DNA of 64,000 nucleotides from Candidatus Sysuimicrobium tengchongense (GCA_031460175.1 JAVKGW010000001.1:83021-147020); one strand, 5' to 3'; positions 1 through 10,593 are shown, numbered from the stretch's first letter. The notes: generated from the sequence alone by a model not told the origin. Made by a program: numbers and translations.

Positions 1-888
1 GCACCGGTGGAAGTGGGACAGGCTCTCAAACCCGCACCGCTCCGCCACCTGCTGCACCGTGTGGTCCGTGGTACGCAGCAGATCCGCGGCCCGCTGCAGC
101 CGGCGCTGCAGAAGGTACTGCTTGGGGGACATGCCGAGGCCTGCACGGAAGAGCCGGCGGAGGTACGTGGGCGAGCACGCCGCGGCCTTCGCCAGTTCCT
201 CCACCCGCACCCGACCCTCCATAGCCTCCAGGAGTTGGAACGCGGGGCACAGTACCCGTAGGGCCCGTCCCTCCTGCATCTGCAGGGGCCGGAACTCCCC
301 GGGGTGTTCGTGCACCGTCCGCAGGAGCAGTTCCATCAACAGGGCCCGGCCCCGCGGCCGCCAGCCCGCGGGCCGGTGGATCGAAAGGCGCACGAGTTCC
401 CGCACAACGCCCGCATCTTCCCTCCCCTCGAGGATCGCGGGGAACCCCAGCACCAGGAGCAGGCACTGGGCCCCCAGGACCCGGGCGGTGAAGTGGACGG
501 AGAGAAAGCGGACAGGGATGGGCGCCTCCGCGGCGTGCGGAACCCCCTCCGGAATGAACAGGAGATCCCCCGGACCCGCGACCAGGGACCGGTTCCCGAT
601 CCGCCACCGGCTCCTGCCCTCCAGCACCAGGATGGCGAGGGCGTTGGGCACCGCACGGCGTTCCAGGGACCACCCGGCCTCCCCCGCGTACGCCCTCCCC
701 TCCAAGAACTCGACCTCCGCGTGTCCCCACACCCACTCCCACGCCCCGAGCTCCCCCGCGGGCGGGTAGGGCGGGAATCCGAGCCTCCGATCCGGGATCA
801 CCGCCTGCACACTCCCAGGATGCCCCAGGTGGGCCCGGAAGACGAGGGGGTGGATCGGTTCGGGCACGGTTTGGGTCGGCTTCGGCAT
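1..888 (-). CDS. AraC-family transcriptional regulator (N-terminal sensor/cupin-like region plus C-terminal AraC HTH). The 3' end runs off the window.
   Basis: Minus-strand frame absent from the ORF track because it is truncated at position 1. My own translation gives ...ELAKAAACSPTYLRRLFRAGLGMSPKQYLLQRRLQRAADLLRTTDHTVQQVAERCGFESLSHFHRC, a canonical AraC HTH signature. In-frame ATG at 888-886. Divergently oriented to the catalase gene. Confidence 0.72.
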   Translation of the reverse strand, partial: MPKPTQTVPEPIHPLVFRAHLGHPGSVQAVIPDRRLGFPPYPPAGELGAWEWVWGHAEVEFLEGRAYAGEAGWSLERRAVPNALAILVLEGRSRWRIGNRSLVAGPGDLLFIPEGVPHAAEAPIPVRFLSVHFTARVLGAQCLLLVLGFPAILEGREDAGVVRELVRLSIHRPAGWRPRGRALLMELLLRTVHEHPGEFRPLQMQEGRALRVLCPAFQLLEAMEGRVRVEELAKAAACSPTYLRRLFRAGLGMSPKQYLLQRRLQRAADLLRTTDHTVQQVAERCGFESLSHFHRC

Positions 889-953
889 TTGTCCCCGGAC
901 CCCCTTCCCGCACACTGGGGAGTGGACGCCAAGCCCGAAAGGAGGGATATACC

Positions 954-1841
954 GTGTATCTCCGGATTGACCGGTTGCAGATCGAGCTGCCGGCTCCCAA
1001 GGAGCCGGACCCCAACGCTGCAGCCGCGGTGCAGGACCTGTTGGGCGGCCGTTTCGGGGAGATGTCCACCCTCATGAACTACACCTACCAATCCTTCAAC
1101 TTCCGCGGGCACGATCAGCTCAAGCCCTACCGGGACCTCATCGCGAACATCGCCACGGAGGAGCTGGGCCACATCGAGCTCGTCTCCGCCACCATCAACC
1201 TCCTGCTCACGGGCGCCACCCAGGCCAGGGATCCGGTGGATGCGCCCCTCGAACCCGGCAAGGACGTGCGCTCCACCTACCACTTCATCAGCACAGCCCA
1301 GACCGCCTTCGTGGGCGGCTCCATGGGCGGGTTCTGGCACGGGGACTACGTGTTCAACAGCGGCAACCTCGTGCTGGATCTGCTCCACAACTTCTTCCTG
1401 GAGTGCGGGGCGCGGCTGCACAAGATCCGGGTCTACGAGATGACCCGCAACCCCGTGGCCCGGGAGATGATCGGCTACCTCCTGGTGCGGGGCGGGGTGC
1501 ACGCCACCGCCTACGGCAAGGCCCTGGAGACCCTCACGGGGGTGAACGTCACGAAGCTTTTGCCCATCCCCAACATCCCCAATTCCAAGTTCCCCGAGGC
1601 CCGGAAGTACGAGCAGGCGGGCGGGCACCGCACCCTGTACCGGTTCAGCCCCGAGGACTACCGGGACATCGCCCGCATCTGGCGCGGTCCCGCTCCCACG
1701 GGGGACGGAGACCTCGTGGTGGTGGACGGTCCGCCTCCGGGAGGACCCGTGCCGGTGCTGCCGCCGCTCCCGGAGGAGTTCGCCCCGGGTCTAAGCCCCG
1801 AGGAGATGGCGGAGCTGGCAAAGAAGCTCGCGGCAAGTTAG
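954..1841 (+). CDS. Manganese (non-heme) catalase
   Basis: 295 aa. MYLRIDRLQIELPAPKEPDPNAAAAVQDLLGGRFGEMSTLMNYTYQSFNFRG...ATEELGHIELV matches the Mn-catalase family throughout (recalled close similarity to Thermus Mn-catalase). GTG start with GGAGGG RBS 7-8 nt upstream. Confidence 0.9.
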   Translation: MYLRIDRLQIELPAPKEPDPNAAAAVQDLLGGRFGEMSTLMNYTYQSFNFRGHDQLKPYRDLIANIATEELGHIELVSATINLLLTGATQARDPVDAPLEPGKDVRSTYHFISTAQTAFVGGSMGGFWHGDYVFNSGNLVLDLLHNFFLECGARLHKIRVYEMTRNPVAREMIGYLLVRGGVHATAYGKALETLTGVNVTKLLPIPNIPNSKFPEARKYEQAGGHRTLYRFSPEDYRDIARIWRGPAPTGDGDLVVVDGPPPGGPVPVLPPLPEEFAPGLSPEEMAELAKKLAAS

Positions 1842-1842
1842 C

Positions 1843-1912
1843 ACGGTGCACTGGCAGGTGGCGTCACCCGAGGAATCCAGGGCCTGAACGCAGGGCCCGG
1901 GCGAAGGGACGC
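1843..1912. repeat. About 70-nt dispersed repeat, copy A (24-nt exact core ACGGTGCACTGGCAGGTGGCGTCA). It includes the last codons and stop of trpA.
   Basis: Second copy at 20487-20556 with a similar downstream pattern (..TCC.GGGCCTGA..CAGG.GCCCG.CGAAAGG). Both copies sit in convergent intergenic positions. Confidence 0.6.
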
Positions 1913-2670
1913 AGGAACTCCACCGCGGCCGCCACGGGATCCCGGGCCGCTTCCAGCACCTGGTAGAGGGCACTCGCCACGATCACCCCGTCGCTGAACC
2001 GGGCCGCCTCCTGTGCGTGCTCCGGACGGGCGATCCCGAACCCCACCACCGCGGGGAGGTCCGTGACCCTCCGCACCCGCCGCACGAGGTCCTCCGCCTC
2101 CTCGCTCAGCCGGTCACGGGCTCCCGTCACCCCGGTGACGGAGACGCAGTACAGGAACCCCGTGGTGGCCGAGGCGACCGTGCGCAGCCGCGCCTCGGTG
2201 CTCGTGGGGGCCACGAGGAAGATGGTATCGAGGCCCTCCGGCCGCGCGGCCCGGATGAGCGGTTCCCCTTCGTCCGCGGGGATGTCCGCGGCAATAATGC
2301 CGTCCACCCCCGCCTCCCGGGCCTCCCGGGCGAACCGCTCGATCCCGTACCGGAAAAGGGGGTTCGCGTAGGACATCACGGCGATGGGCACGTCCACCCT
2401 GCGGCGCACCTGGCGCACGAGGTCCAGAACGTCCTGGAGCCGCACCCCCCGCGTTAAAGCCCGGTAGGCGGCCCGCTGCATGGTTGGGCCGTCCGCGATG
2501 GGATCGGAGAACGGGACCCCGAGCTCCAGGGCGTCCGCGCCGGCCTCCACCACCGCGGGGATCAGACGTTCCAGGATCTTGAGATCCGGATCCCCAACTT
2601 CGAAGAACGGCATGAGGGCAGCCCGGCCCTCCGCCCGCAGCCTCTGGAAGAGCGCCCTAAACCGGCTCAT
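1864..2670 (-). CDS. trpA: Tryptophan synthase alpha subunit
   Basis: 268 aa. [23 protein letters not shown]...[14 protein letters not shown]...MSYANP are family hallmarks. Last gene of the co-directional trp array. Confidence 0.92.
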   Translation of the reverse strand: MSRFRALFQRLRAEGRAALMPFFEVGDPDLKILERLIPAVVEAGADALELGVPFSDPIADGPTMQRAAYRALTRGVRLQDVLDLVRQVRRRVDVPIAVMSYANPLFRYGIERFAREAREAGVDGIIAADIPADEGEPLIRAARPEGLDTIFLVAPTSTEARLRTVASATTGFLYCVSVTGVTGARDRLSEEAEDLVRRVRRVTDLPAVVGFGIARPEHAQEAARFSDGVIVASALYQVLEAARDPVAAAVEFLRPFARALRSGPGFLG

Positions 2671-3859
2671 GGCCGCCGTGCCGCCGCACCGTGTCGATGT
2701 CCTTGTCTCCCCGGCCCGAGAGTCCCACCACGATCACCCCATCCCGGCCGAGCTGCGGGGCCAGGTGTCTGAGATACGCGATGGCGTGGGCGGGCTCCAG
2801 AGCCGGCAGGATCCCCTCCGTCCGGGCCAAGAGGTGGAAGGCCTCCAGGGCCTCCTCGTCCGTGACCGCCACGTACTGGGCCCGTCCCGTCTCCTTGAGG
2901 TACGCGTGCTCGGGGCCGACACCCGGGTAGTCCAGGCCCGCGGAGACGGAATGCGTGCCGAGCACCTGTCCGGCCTCGTCCTGGAGCACGTACGTGTAGG
3001 CCCCGTGCAGTACCCCGGGGCTTCCCGCCACGAGGCTCGCCGCGTGCCGGCCGCTTTGCACCCCGTGCCCGCCCGCCTCCACCCCCACGAGCCGCACGGC
3101 CTCGTCCGGAAGGAAGGCCCAGAACAGGCCCATGGCGTTGCTCCCGCCGCCCACGCAGGCCACCACCGCGTCCGGCAACCGCCCTTCCCGCTCCAGGACC
3201 TGTTGGCGTGCTTCGGTGCCGATCACGGACTGGAAGTCCCGGACGATGCGGGGATACGGGTGTGGCCCCACCACGGACCCGATGATGTAGAAGGTGGTAC
3301 GCACGTGGGTGACCCAGTCCCGCAGGGCTTCGTTGATGGCGTCCTTGAGGGTGCGGGTGCCGCTCTGGACGGGGATCACCCGGGCGCCCAGGAGCTGCAT
3401 CCGGTACACGTTGAGGGCCTGGCGCTCCACGTCCTCCTGCCCCATGTACACCTCGCACTGCAGGCCCAGCATGGCCGCAGCCGTGGCCACGGCCACCCCG
3501 TGCTGCCCCGCACCCGTCTCCGCGATCACCCGATGCTTGCCCATGCGTCTCGCGAGCAGGGCCTGCCCCAGGGCGTTGTTGATCTTGTGGGCTCCCGTGT
3601 GCAGCAGGTCCTCCCGCTTGAGGTAGATGCGGGCACCGCCCAGGTGCTCCGAAAGCCTCCGGGCGAAGTACAGGGGCGTGGGCCGGCCGCAGTACTCCCG
3701 CAGGAGCCCCTCAAGCTCCTGCCGGAACTCCGGATCCTCCCGCAGCGCCTCATAGGCGGCCTCCAGCTCCAGGAGGGCCGGCATCAGGGTCTCCGGGACG
3801 TAGCGGCCGCCGAAGGGGCCGAACCGTCCCCGGGCGTCCGGAAGCGTCACCACACCCAT
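2657..3859 (-). CDS. trpB: Tryptophan synthase beta subunit
   Basis: 400 aa. [16 protein letters not shown]...[17 protein letters not shown]...GAGQHGVA (PLP-binding lysine motif). Overlaps trpA by 14 nt. Confidence 0.95.
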   Translation of the reverse strand: MGVVTLPDARGRFGPFGGRYVPETLMPALLELEAAYEALREDPEFRQELEGLLREYCGRPTPLYFARRLSEHLGGARIYLKREDLLHTGAHKINNALGQALLARRMGKHRVIAETGAGQHGVAVATAAAMLGLQCEVYMGQEDVERQALNVYRMQLLGARVIPVQSGTRTLKDAINEALRDWVTHVRTTFYIIGSVVGPHPYPRIVRDFQSVIGTEARQQVLEREGRLPDAVVACVGGGSNAMGLFWAFLPDEAVRLVGVEAGGHGVQSGRHAASLVAGSPGVLHGAYTYVLQDEAGQVLGTHSVSAGLDYPGVGPEHAYLKETGRAQYVAVTDEEALEAFHLLARTEGILPALEPAHAIAYLRHLAPQLGRDGVIVVGLSGRGDKDIDTVRRHGGHEPV

Positions 3860-4488
3860 GTTTCCTCCCTCCTGGCGTCCGCGCGCCGGACCGCGGCCAC
3901 GAACGCCCGGATCTTCTCGGGGTCCTTGCGTCCATGCGTCTCCACCCCGCTGCTCGTATCCACCCCGTGCGGCCGAACCCTCCGGATGGCCTCGGCCACG
4001 TTCTCCGGGGTGAGGCCGCCGGAGAGGATCAGGGGGAGCTCCAGATGCCGGATCGTTTCCACCAGGGACCAGTCAAAGGTCCGGCCCGTCCCGCCGTAGG
4101 TCTCGGGGACGTACGCGTCCAGGAGGAGGGCGCTCACCGGGTAGTCCGCCGCCGCCCGGAGGCTCTCCCCATCGCGGACCCGGATGGCCTTGATGACCCG
4201 CCGCCGGATCCGCGCGCACGCCTCCGGCGGCTCGTCTCCGTGGAGCTGCACCGCGTCCAACCCGACCCGGGCGGCCACCTCCTCCACCCGCTCCGGTGGC
4301 TCGTTCACGAACACCCCCACCCGCACCACGAAGGGCGGGAGGATCCGGGCGATCCGGGCCGCCTCCTCGGGTGCCACGTACCGGCGGCTTCGGGGCCAGA
4401 ACACGAACCCCACCGCGTCCGCCCCCGCCTCCGCGGCGGCGCGGGCTTCCTCCGGTGTGCGGATCCCGCAGATCTTCACCCGGGTCAT
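3847..4488 (-). CDS. trpF: N-(5'-phosphoribosyl)anthranilate isomerase
   Basis: 213 aa. [38 protein letters not shown] is the PRAI family signature. Start ATG 4488-4486 overlaps the trpS stop (ATGA). Confidence 0.9.
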   Translation of the reverse strand: MTRVKICGIRTPEEARAAAEAGADAVGFVFWPRSRRYVAPEEAARIARILPPFVVRVGVFVNEPPERVEEVAARVGLDAVQLHGDEPPEACARIRRRVIKAIRVRDGESLRAAADYPVSALLLDAYVPETYGGTGRTFDWSLVETIRHLELPLILSGGLTPENVAEAIRRVRPHGVDTSSGVETHGRKDPEKIRAFVAAVRRADARREETWVW

Positions 4489-5529
4489 CTGAGCCCCATC
4501 TTCCGGTAGACCTCTTCCATGGTGGCCTCGGCCACGGGACGGGCCCGCCGGGCACCCTCCACCAGGATCTCATAGAGATCCCCGGGCCGGCGCAGGAGCT
4601 CGTGGTAGCGCCGGCGGATGGGATCCAGCCGCTCGACGATGGCCTCCGCCAGGACCTGCTTGAGCTCGCTGTAGCGGATGGTGCCGGACTCGTACGCCTC
4701 CCGGAAACGCGGGAGGTGCTCGGGACCGAAGATCTCCAGCAGGGTGAAGAGGTTCTGGACCCCGGGGCTCGCGTCCTCCACCCGGGCGCCCGGCGCCGGG
4801 GGGCCCGGATCCGTCACCGCGGCCCGCACCTTGCGCCGGATCTCCTCCGGTTCGTCGGCAAGGGCGATGTAGCTCCCCGGGATGCTCTTGCTCATCTTCT
4901 TCGTGGGGTCGTTGAGGGCCATGATGCGGGCGCCCTTGGTGAGCCGGGCTTCCGGCAGCGGGAACGTCTCCCCGAACTGCTTGTTGAACCGCTCCGCGAG
5001 GTCCCGCATGAGCTCGATGTGCTGGAGCTGATCCTCCCCCACGGGCACGAGGCTGGCCTTGTACAGGAGCACGTCCGCGGCCTGGAGGACGGGGTAGTTC
5101 AGTAGCCCCGCCATCACTCCCTGCCGCGCCCGGCGCGCCTTCTCCTTGTACTGGGTCATCCGCTCCAGCTGCCCCACGGGGGTGAGGGTGGTGAGGAGCC
5201 ACATGAGCTCGCAGTGCTGGTGGACGTGGGACTGCACGAACAGCACGGACCGCTCCGGGTCAATCCCGGCTGCGATGTTGGCCGCGGCCGCCTCCAGGAT
5301 CCGCCGCTGCATCTCTTCCGGCTCGTAGGGCACGGTGATGGCGTGCAGGTCCACGATGCAGAAGTACGACTCGTACTGGGCCTGGAGCTCCACCCACTGC
5401 CGGATGGCTCCCACGTAGTTCCCGAGGTGCACGAGCCCCGTGGGCTGGATCCCGGAGAACACCCGCACCGCCTGACGCGGTGCCGCTCCCGACGCCGCAC
5501 GGTCCACCGTTCCCACCTTCTGCGCCATC
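4485..5529 (-). CDS. trpS: Tryptophanyl-tRNA synthetase
   Basis: Class I aaRS motifs: SGIQPTGLVHLGNY (HIGH-like) and KMSKS. The ORF track starts at GTG 5537, but ATG 5529 with an upstream AGGGAG is the preferred start. Embedded inside the trp biosynthesis operon. Confidence 0.9.
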
Positions 5530-5541
5530 TCCCTCACCTCC

Positions 5542-6324
5542 TCACACCTTCACCGGACGCAGCTGCCGGAGCTTCGCCGCGGGATCCGCCTCACCCGCCA
5601 GGGCCGTTCCCACCAGCACCGCGTCCACCCCCGCCTCCGCCAGGGCCTTCACCTGATCCGGATGCGCGATGCCGCTCTCGCTCACCACCAGGATTCCCTC
5701 CGGGATCCGGGGGCGGAGGCGGAAGGTGGTCGCCAGATCCACCCGGAAGGTGCGGAGATCCCGGTTGTTGATCCCGATGATGCGGGCCCCGCTGCGCAGG
5801 GCGCGCTCCACCTCCTCCTCCGTGTGCACCTCCACCACCGCCGCCATCCCCAGCGCCTCCGCGAGCTCCCGAAGAGCCCGGAGCTGCGCGTCGTCCAGGA
5901 TGGCGGCGATGAGCAGCACCGCATCCGCCCCCAGGGCCCGCGCCTCGTACACGTGGTAGGCCGCCAGGGTGAAGTCCTTGCGGAGGACCGGAAGCCGGGT
6001 GGCTTCCCGGGCGGCCTGCAGGTGTTCCGGGCTTCCCTGGAAGAACGGGCGATCCGTAAGGACGGAGAGCGCCTCCGCCCCGCCGGCTTCGTAGGCCCGG
6101 GCGAGGGCGGCGGGGTTCAGATCCTGTCGGATCACTCCCGCGCTGGGCGAGGCGGCCTTCAGCTCCGCGATCACCGCGATCCCTTCCCCCCGGAGGGCCG
6201 CGGCGAAATCCCGGGGAGAGGGGGCCGTGAGGGCCCGCCTCTTTACCTCGTGCTCCGGGCACGCGGCCCGGGCCTGCGCGAGCTCCCGCCACTTGTGCTG
6301 GACGATCCGTTCGAGGACACTCAT
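5542..6324 (-). CDS. trpC: Indole-3-glycerol phosphate synthase
   Basis: The C-terminal 263 aa of track ORF 5542..7674 ([12 protein letters not shown]...[10 protein letters not shown]...[11 protein letters not shown]...SESGI) is IGPS. True ATG at 6324-6322 overlaps the trpD stop (ATGA). The upstream extension of the track ORF is a GC-rich artefact that overlaps trpD. Confidence 0.9.
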   Translation of the reverse strand: MSVLERIVQHKWRELAQARAACPEHEVKRRALTAPSPRDFAAALRGEGIAVIAELKAASPSAGVIRQDLNPAALARAYEAGGAEALSVLTDRPFFQGSPEHLQAAREATRLPVLRKDFTLAAYHVYEARALGADAVLLIAAILDDAQLRALRELAEALGMAAVVEVHTEEEVERALRSGARIIGINNRDLRTFRVDLATTFRLRPRIPEGILVVSESGIAHPDQVKALAEAGVDAVLVGTALAGEADPAAKLRQLRPVKV

Positions 6325-7346
6325 CCCCCGGCGCCGGTCTGAGCCCCGAAGTAGGCCCGCAGGGCCGCGAGCTTCGCCGCGGCCGCCCCGGAGTCCACCG
6401 CCTCCGCGGCCCGCACGATCCCCTCCCGGAAGTCCTCCGCCGCTCCCGCGGCCACCAGCGCCGCGGCCGCGTTCAGCAGGACCACATCCCGGCAGGGTCC
6501 CCGCTCCCCGTTCAAGACGCGTTCTACGCGCTGCGCGTTGTAGCGGGCATCGCCTCCCCGGAGGGCTTCCGGGGACGCCCGCGGAAGGCCCACCTGTTCG
6601 GGCTCCAGCGCAAAGGTGCGCACCCGCCCCTCCCGCACCTCCGCCACCCGTGTGGGACCCGTGGTGGTGAGCTCGTCGAGGCCGTCTCCGTGTACCACGT
6701 ACGCGTGCTCGGCCCCGAGCTCCCGGGCCACGAGGGCGAGTGGCTCCACGAGTCGCGGGTCGTACACCCCGATCACCTGCCGCCGGGCGCCCGCGGGATT
6801 GGTGAGGGGTCCCAGGACGTTGAAGACGGTGCGGATGCCGATCTCCCGCCGCGGTCCCACCGCGTGCCGCATGGCGGGGTGGAACCGAGGGGCGAAGAGA
6901 AAGCCCAATCCGATCCGCTCGATGGCCTCCTGCACCCGTGCGGGCTCCGCGTCCGCGGGAAGGCCCAGGGCCTCCAGGACGTCCGCGCTCCCGCAGGCGC
7001 TGCTCACCGCCCGGTTGCCGTGCTTGGCCACCGACACGCCCGCCCCGGCCACCACGAAGGCCGCCGCGGTGGAGATGTTGAAGGTGTGGGCTCCGTCCCC
7101 GCCCGTGCCGCAGGTGTCCACCAGGACCGGAACCCGGGGCGTGATGCGGTAGGCCCGCGCCCGCATGGCCCGGGCGAACCCGCTCATCTCCTCCACCGTC
7201 TCGCCCTTCATGCGCAGGGCCACCACCAGGGCCGCGATCTGGGCCGGGGTGGCCTCCCCGTCCATGATCTCGCCCATGACCCGCTCCGCCTCCTCCGCGG
7301 AGAGGGAGATGCCCTCCACCGTCTTCCGGATCGCCTCCCGGATCAT
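6321..7346 (-). CDS. trpD: Anthranilate phosphoribosyltransferase
   Basis: [12 protein letters not shown]...[24 protein letters not shown]...KHGNRAVSS are family motifs. Start moved from the track's 7370 to ATG 7346, which overlaps the trpG stop. Confidence 0.92.
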   Translation of the reverse strand: MIREAIRKTVEGISLSAEEAERVMGEIMDGEATPAQIAALVVALRMKGETVEEMSGFARAMRARAYRITPRVPVLVDTCGTGGDGAHTFNISTAAAFVVAGAGVSVAKHGNRAVSSACGSADVLEALGLPADAEPARVQEAIERIGLGFLFAPRFHPAMRHAVGPRREIGIRTVFNVLGPLTNPAGARRQVIGVYDPRLVEPLALVARELGAEHAYVVHGDGLDELTTTGPTRVAEVREGRVRTFALEPEQVGLPRASPEALRGGDARYNAQRVERVLNGERGPCRDVVLLNAAAALVAAGAAEDFREGIVRAAEAVDSGAAAAKLAALRAYFGAQTGAGG

Positions 7347-7957
7347 GATCCTCCCTCCTGCCCACCCCATCTGCCCGTGCGGTGCCAGTCACGCACGAGG
7401 TCCAGGAAGTTGCGCAGCAGTGCCTTGCCGTGCTCCGTGAGGATGGACTCCGGGTGGAACTGCACGCCCTCCACCGGTCGGTGCCGGTGCCGCAGCCCCA
7501 TAATGAGGCCCTCCTCGTTGCGGGCGGAGACCTCCAGCACCTCCGGAAGACCCTCCTCCTGGACCACCAGGGAGTGATAGCGGGTGGCCACGAAGGGCGA
7601 GGGGAGGCCCCGGAAGATGGTGCGGCCGTCGTGCAGGATGCGGGAGGTCTTGCCGTGAACGGGCCGCGGCGCAAGCCCCACCCGCCCGCCGAAGCACTGC
7701 CCGATGCACTGGTGCCCGAGGCAAACCCCCAGGACCGGGATCCGGTCGGAGAGCTCCCGCAGCACCTCGTTGCTGACCCCTGCCTCGTTGGGCGTGCAGG
7801 GCCCGGGGGAGATCACCACCGCTTCGGGCCCCAGGCGGGCGATGGCCTCCACGGTGATGGCGTCGTTCCGGTAGACCATCACCTCCGCCCCGAGTTCGCC
7901 CAAATACTGCACGAGGTTGTACGCGAAGGAGTCGTAGTTGTCCACCACCAGGATCAT
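7343..7957 (-). CDS. trpG: Anthranilate synthase component II (glutamine amidotransferase)
   Basis: [23 protein letters not shown]...GVCLGHQ (catalytic Cys)...HPES (His-Glu). ATG 7957 overlaps the trpE stop 7954-7956. Confidence 0.88.
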   Translation of the reverse strand: MILVVDNYDSFAYNLVQYLGELGAEVMVYRNDAITVEAIARLGPEAVVISPGPCTPNEAGVSNEVLRELSDRIPVLGVCLGHQCIGQCFGGRVGLAPRPVHGKTSRILHDGRTIFRGLPSPFVATRYHSLVVQEEGLPEVLEVSARNEEGLIMGLRHRHRPVEGVQFHPESILTEHGKALLRNFLDLVRDWHRTGRWGGQEGGS

Positions 7958-9426
7958 CCCATCCCCCCCGTGCACGCGAGTTCCACGGCCCGCACCAGGG
8001 CCTCCGCCTTGCTCACGCACTCCCGGTACTCGGATTCCGGATCGGAATCCGCCACAATGCCCGCGCCCGCCTGCACGTACGCCCGTCCGCTTCGCACCAC
8101 CAGGGTGCGGATGGTGATGCAGGTGTCCATGGCGCCCGAATAGCCTACGTAGCCCACCGCGCCCGCATACGGCCCCCGGGCCACGGGCTCCAGCTCGTCG
8201 ATGATCTCCATGGCCCGCACCTTCGGGGCCCCGGACACCGTGCCGTGCGGGAAAACCGCCTGCAGCACGTCGAAGGCGTCCCGATCCGGCTGGAGGATCC
8301 CCTGGACGGTGCTCACCAGGTGCATCACGTGGGAGTACCGCTCCACCACCATGAGCTCCGTGGTACGTACCGTGCCGTAGCGGCTGATGCGGCCCAGGTC
8401 GTTGCGGGTGAGGTCCACCAGCATCACGTGCTCCGCCCGTTCCTTCTCGCTCCCCCGCAGATCCGCCTCCAGGGCCGCGTCCTCCTCCGGGGTCCTGCCC
8501 CGGGGCCGGGTCCCCGCGATGGGTCGCATCATCACCTGATCTCCCTCCAGCCGCACCAGCAGCTCCGGGGAGGAGCCCGCGAGCTGCCCCTCTGGGAAGT
8601 CCAGGTAGAACAGGAAGGGTGAGGGGTTGATGGCCCGGGCGGCCCGGTACAGGAGGAAGGGATCCAGGCCTGGAACGGGAAGCGCGAAGCGCTGGGAGAG
8701 GATGACCTGGAAGATGTCGCCCGCGCGGATGTACGCGAGACAGCGCTCGACCTTCTCGAGGAAGGACTCCCGGGTCATGTTGGACTGGGCCTGCGGGACC
8801 GGCCGCACCTCCGGCGAGGATCCCGGGACCGGCCGGCGCAGCCGCTCCAGGACCTCCTCCATGCGCTCCCGGGCGGAACGGTAGGCAGCCTCCGCGCCTT
8901 CCTCCGCGAAGGCGTTCGCGAGGACCCGGATGCGCCGCCGCACGTGGTCGAAGACCACCACGGTGTCAAACAGCCCCATGCGGCAGACGGGAAGGCCGAG
9001 GTCGTCCGGAGGCCGGTCGGGGAGCCGTTCCCAGTCCCGCACCAGGTCGTAGCCGAGGTAGCCCACGAGCCCCCCCGTGAACCGGGGAAGCCCGGGGACG
9101 GGGACCTGGCGGTACGGACGGAGGACGGCGCGGGCCGCGGGGAGGAAGGGTCCGGGGAAGGTGCGACCGTCCGAGCACCGGACCACCCGGCCGTCGTAGG
9201 TGAGTACGAGCTTCGGGCGGGCGCCCAAAAAGGAATAGCGTCCCAACCGTTCCCCGCCCTCCACGCTCTCCAGCAGGAAGGCGTCCGGCAGGTCCCGCAA
9301 CTTGAGGAAGGCGGAGATGGGCGTCTCCAGGTCTGCCAGGAGCTCGCACGAGACCGGCACGAGATTCCCCTCGCGCAGCATTGCCTCGAATCCCACGGGT
9401 CCAGGGGTGATCTCCAGGGTCCTCAT
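7954..9426 (-). CDS. trpE: Anthranilate synthase component I
   Basis: The 490-aa C-terminal portion of track ORF 7954..10188, starting [14 protein letters not shown]... with LLESVEGG and the chorismate-binding domain motifs. ATG 9426-9424 overlaps the tyrA stop. Confidence 0.93.
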   Translation of the reverse strand: MRTLEITPGPVGFEAMLREGNLVPVSCELLADLETPISAFLKLRDLPDAFLLESVEGGERLGRYSFLGARPKLVLTYDGRVVRCSDGRTFPGPFLPAARAVLRPYRQVPVPGLPRFTGGLVGYLGYDLVRDWERLPDRPPDDLGLPVCRMGLFDTVVVFDHVRRRIRVLANAFAEEGAEAAYRSARERMEEVLERLRRPVPGSSPEVRPVPQAQSNMTRESFLEKVERCLAYIRAGDIFQVILSQRFALPVPGLDPFLLYRAARAINPSPFLFYLDFPEGQLAGSSPELLVRLEGDQVMMRPIAGTRPRGRTPEEDAALEADLRGSEKERAEHVMLVDLTRNDLGRISRYGTVRTTELMVVERYSHVMHLVSTVQGILQPDRDAFDVLQAVFPHGTVSGAPKVRAMEIIDELEPVARGPYAGAVGYVGYSGAMDTCITIRTLVVRSGRAYVQAGAGIVADSDPESEYRECVSKAEALVRAVELACTGGMG

Positions 9427-10277
9427 GGCCTCCGCTCCCGCGCACGCATGGCCGCGTTTTGAGCCTGTTCCAGCAGCTCCTCCAGCTCGCCCTCCACGAG
9501 GCGGCGTTCCACCTGGTCCAGGATCCCCCGCAGATCGCGTAGGGCCCGTCCAACCTCCTCCCGGTTCAGGCGGAGGATCTGAGCCCACAGGGCCGGCGGA
9601 CTGCTGGCCACCCGGGCAAGTTCTCCGAATGCGGGCCCCCCTACCCCGAGGGACTCGGGTTCTGCCGCGGCGGCCAGGATCACCGCGCATGCCACCAGGT
9701 ACGGGAGGTGGCTGATGAGGGCCACGAGCCGGTCGTGGACCTCCGGCTGCATCACCACGGGCCGCATCCCGATCGCCCGCGCGAGAGCCACCAGGCGATG
9801 CACCGCCTCCCGATCCGTGAACCCCGTGGGCGTCACGATGTACGGCCGATCCCGGAGAAAGCCGGGCTCCGCGGCCTCGATCCCCTGCCCCTCGGTCCCC
9901 GCCATGGGGTGTCCTCCCACGAACCGGACCGGCGGCGCGATGCGTTCCAGGGCGGAGACGATGGGAGCCTTCACGCTCGCGGTGTCCGTGAGGATGGTCT
10001 GGGGACGCAGGTAGCCGAGGGCCGCGCGGGCCACCCCCACCACCTGCTCCGGGGGAACCGCCAGGAAGACGATCTCCGCCTCCGCGAGGCGACCGAGATC
10101 CGTACTCGCCACGTCCGCGGCTCCCCGCTCCACGGCCCGCTCGGCAGCCCGCGGATCCCGGTCGATCCCGATCACGGTCTGCGCGCACCCCCGCTGGCGC
10201 AGGGCCATGCCCAGGGCCCCGCCGATGAGGCCGGTCCCCACAATGGCCGCCACCTGGAACCGCACGATTTCCCGCAC
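9423..10277 (-). CDS. tyrA: Prephenate (or arogenate) dehydrogenase
   Basis: VREIVRFQVAAIVGTGLIGGALGMAL is a Rossmann GxGxxG fold, followed by the TyrA core. GTG 10277 is the preferred start, lying directly after the leader terminator. The track's N-terminal extension (MGGGGDRP...) runs through the T-box leader and is rejected. Confidence 0.8.
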   Translation of the reverse strand: MREIVRFQVAAIVGTGLIGGALGMALRQRGCAQTVIGIDRDPRAAERAVERGAADVASTDLGRLAEAEIVFLAVPPEQVVGVARAALGYLRPQTILTDTASVKAPIVSALERIAPPVRFVGGHPMAGTEGQGIEAAEPGFLRDRPYIVTPTGFTDREAVHRLVALARAIGMRPVVMQPEVHDRLVALISHLPYLVACAVILAAAAEPESLGVGGPAFGELARVASSPPALWAQILRLNREEVGRALRDLRGILDQVERRLVEGELEELLEQAQNAAMRARERRP

Positions 10278-10570
10278 CCCGGTCCGAGCCCCAAACAAAA
10301 CCCCTCCCGTCCGCTGGGACGGGAGGGGTTCTCCCGCGGTGCCACCCGCCTTCCGTCGGGTTTCCCCGACGGCCCTCTCGGGACAGGCAACTCCGCCGAT
10401 CCCGCCTGCCGGGTTCACGGGGCAGGAATCCCGTCGGCGCCTACTGGACCCCTCAGGTCGTTCGGGCCGCCCCTCACGGGCCCATTCCGCCGGCCGGTCG
10501 CCGCCGCCTCCCACCTTCCGCGGCTCTCTTGGGGCACCTGGGCCGGCTTACTCGTCCCGGTCCTCGGGTT
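10278..10570 (-). ncRNA. T-box riboswitch leader controlling the tyrA-trp operon (Trp specifier inferred)
   Basis: The minus-strand RNA contains GGCGGGUGGCACCGCGGGAG (reverse complement of 10331-10350), matching the T-box consensus AGGGUGGNACCGCG at 13 of 14 positions. It lies 2 nt upstream of the terminator 5' arm. An AGAGAG (AG-bar-like) element is at the reverse complement of 10524-10529. UGG triplets are present (GGAAUGGGC, GGUGGGAGG) and there is no UAC anywhere in the leader. Confidence 0.7.
10291..10328 (-). terminator. Intrinsic terminator / attenuator hairpin of the T-box leader
   Basis: Perfect 12-bp stem CCCCUCCCGUCC / GGACGGGAGGGG (10301-10312 / 10317-10328) with a 4-nt loop. On the minus-strand RNA it is followed by UUUUGUUUGG and ends about 14 nt before the tyrA GTG. 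Confidence 0.75.
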
Positions 10571-10593
10571 TGCCCCTAGCATAGCACAGGCCG

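Noticed and set aside
26-1075. 349-aa minus-strand ORF and 257-aa plus ORF spanning the AraC gene region
   Set aside because: These are Gly/Pro/Arg-rich translations typical of off-frame reading of GC-rich DNA. The third minus-strand frame gives a clean AraC HTH, so these are treated as spurious.
5542-7674. 710-aa single ORF covering trpC plus an upstream extension
   Set aside because: Only the C-terminal 263 aa are IGPS. The N-terminal 450 aa overlap the trpD gene in another frame and are compositionally junk. trpC was trimmed to the ATG at 6324.
7954-10188. 744-aa ORF extending trpE upstream through tyrA
   Set aside because: The same situation. Genuine TrpE begins at MRTLEITPG (ATG 9426). 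The extension overlaps tyrA out of frame.
9423-10514. 363-aa form of tyrA with an N-terminal extension across the leader
   Set aside because: The extension runs through the T-box and terminator hairpin and is Gly/Arg-rich. A GTG at 10277 directly follows the terminator.
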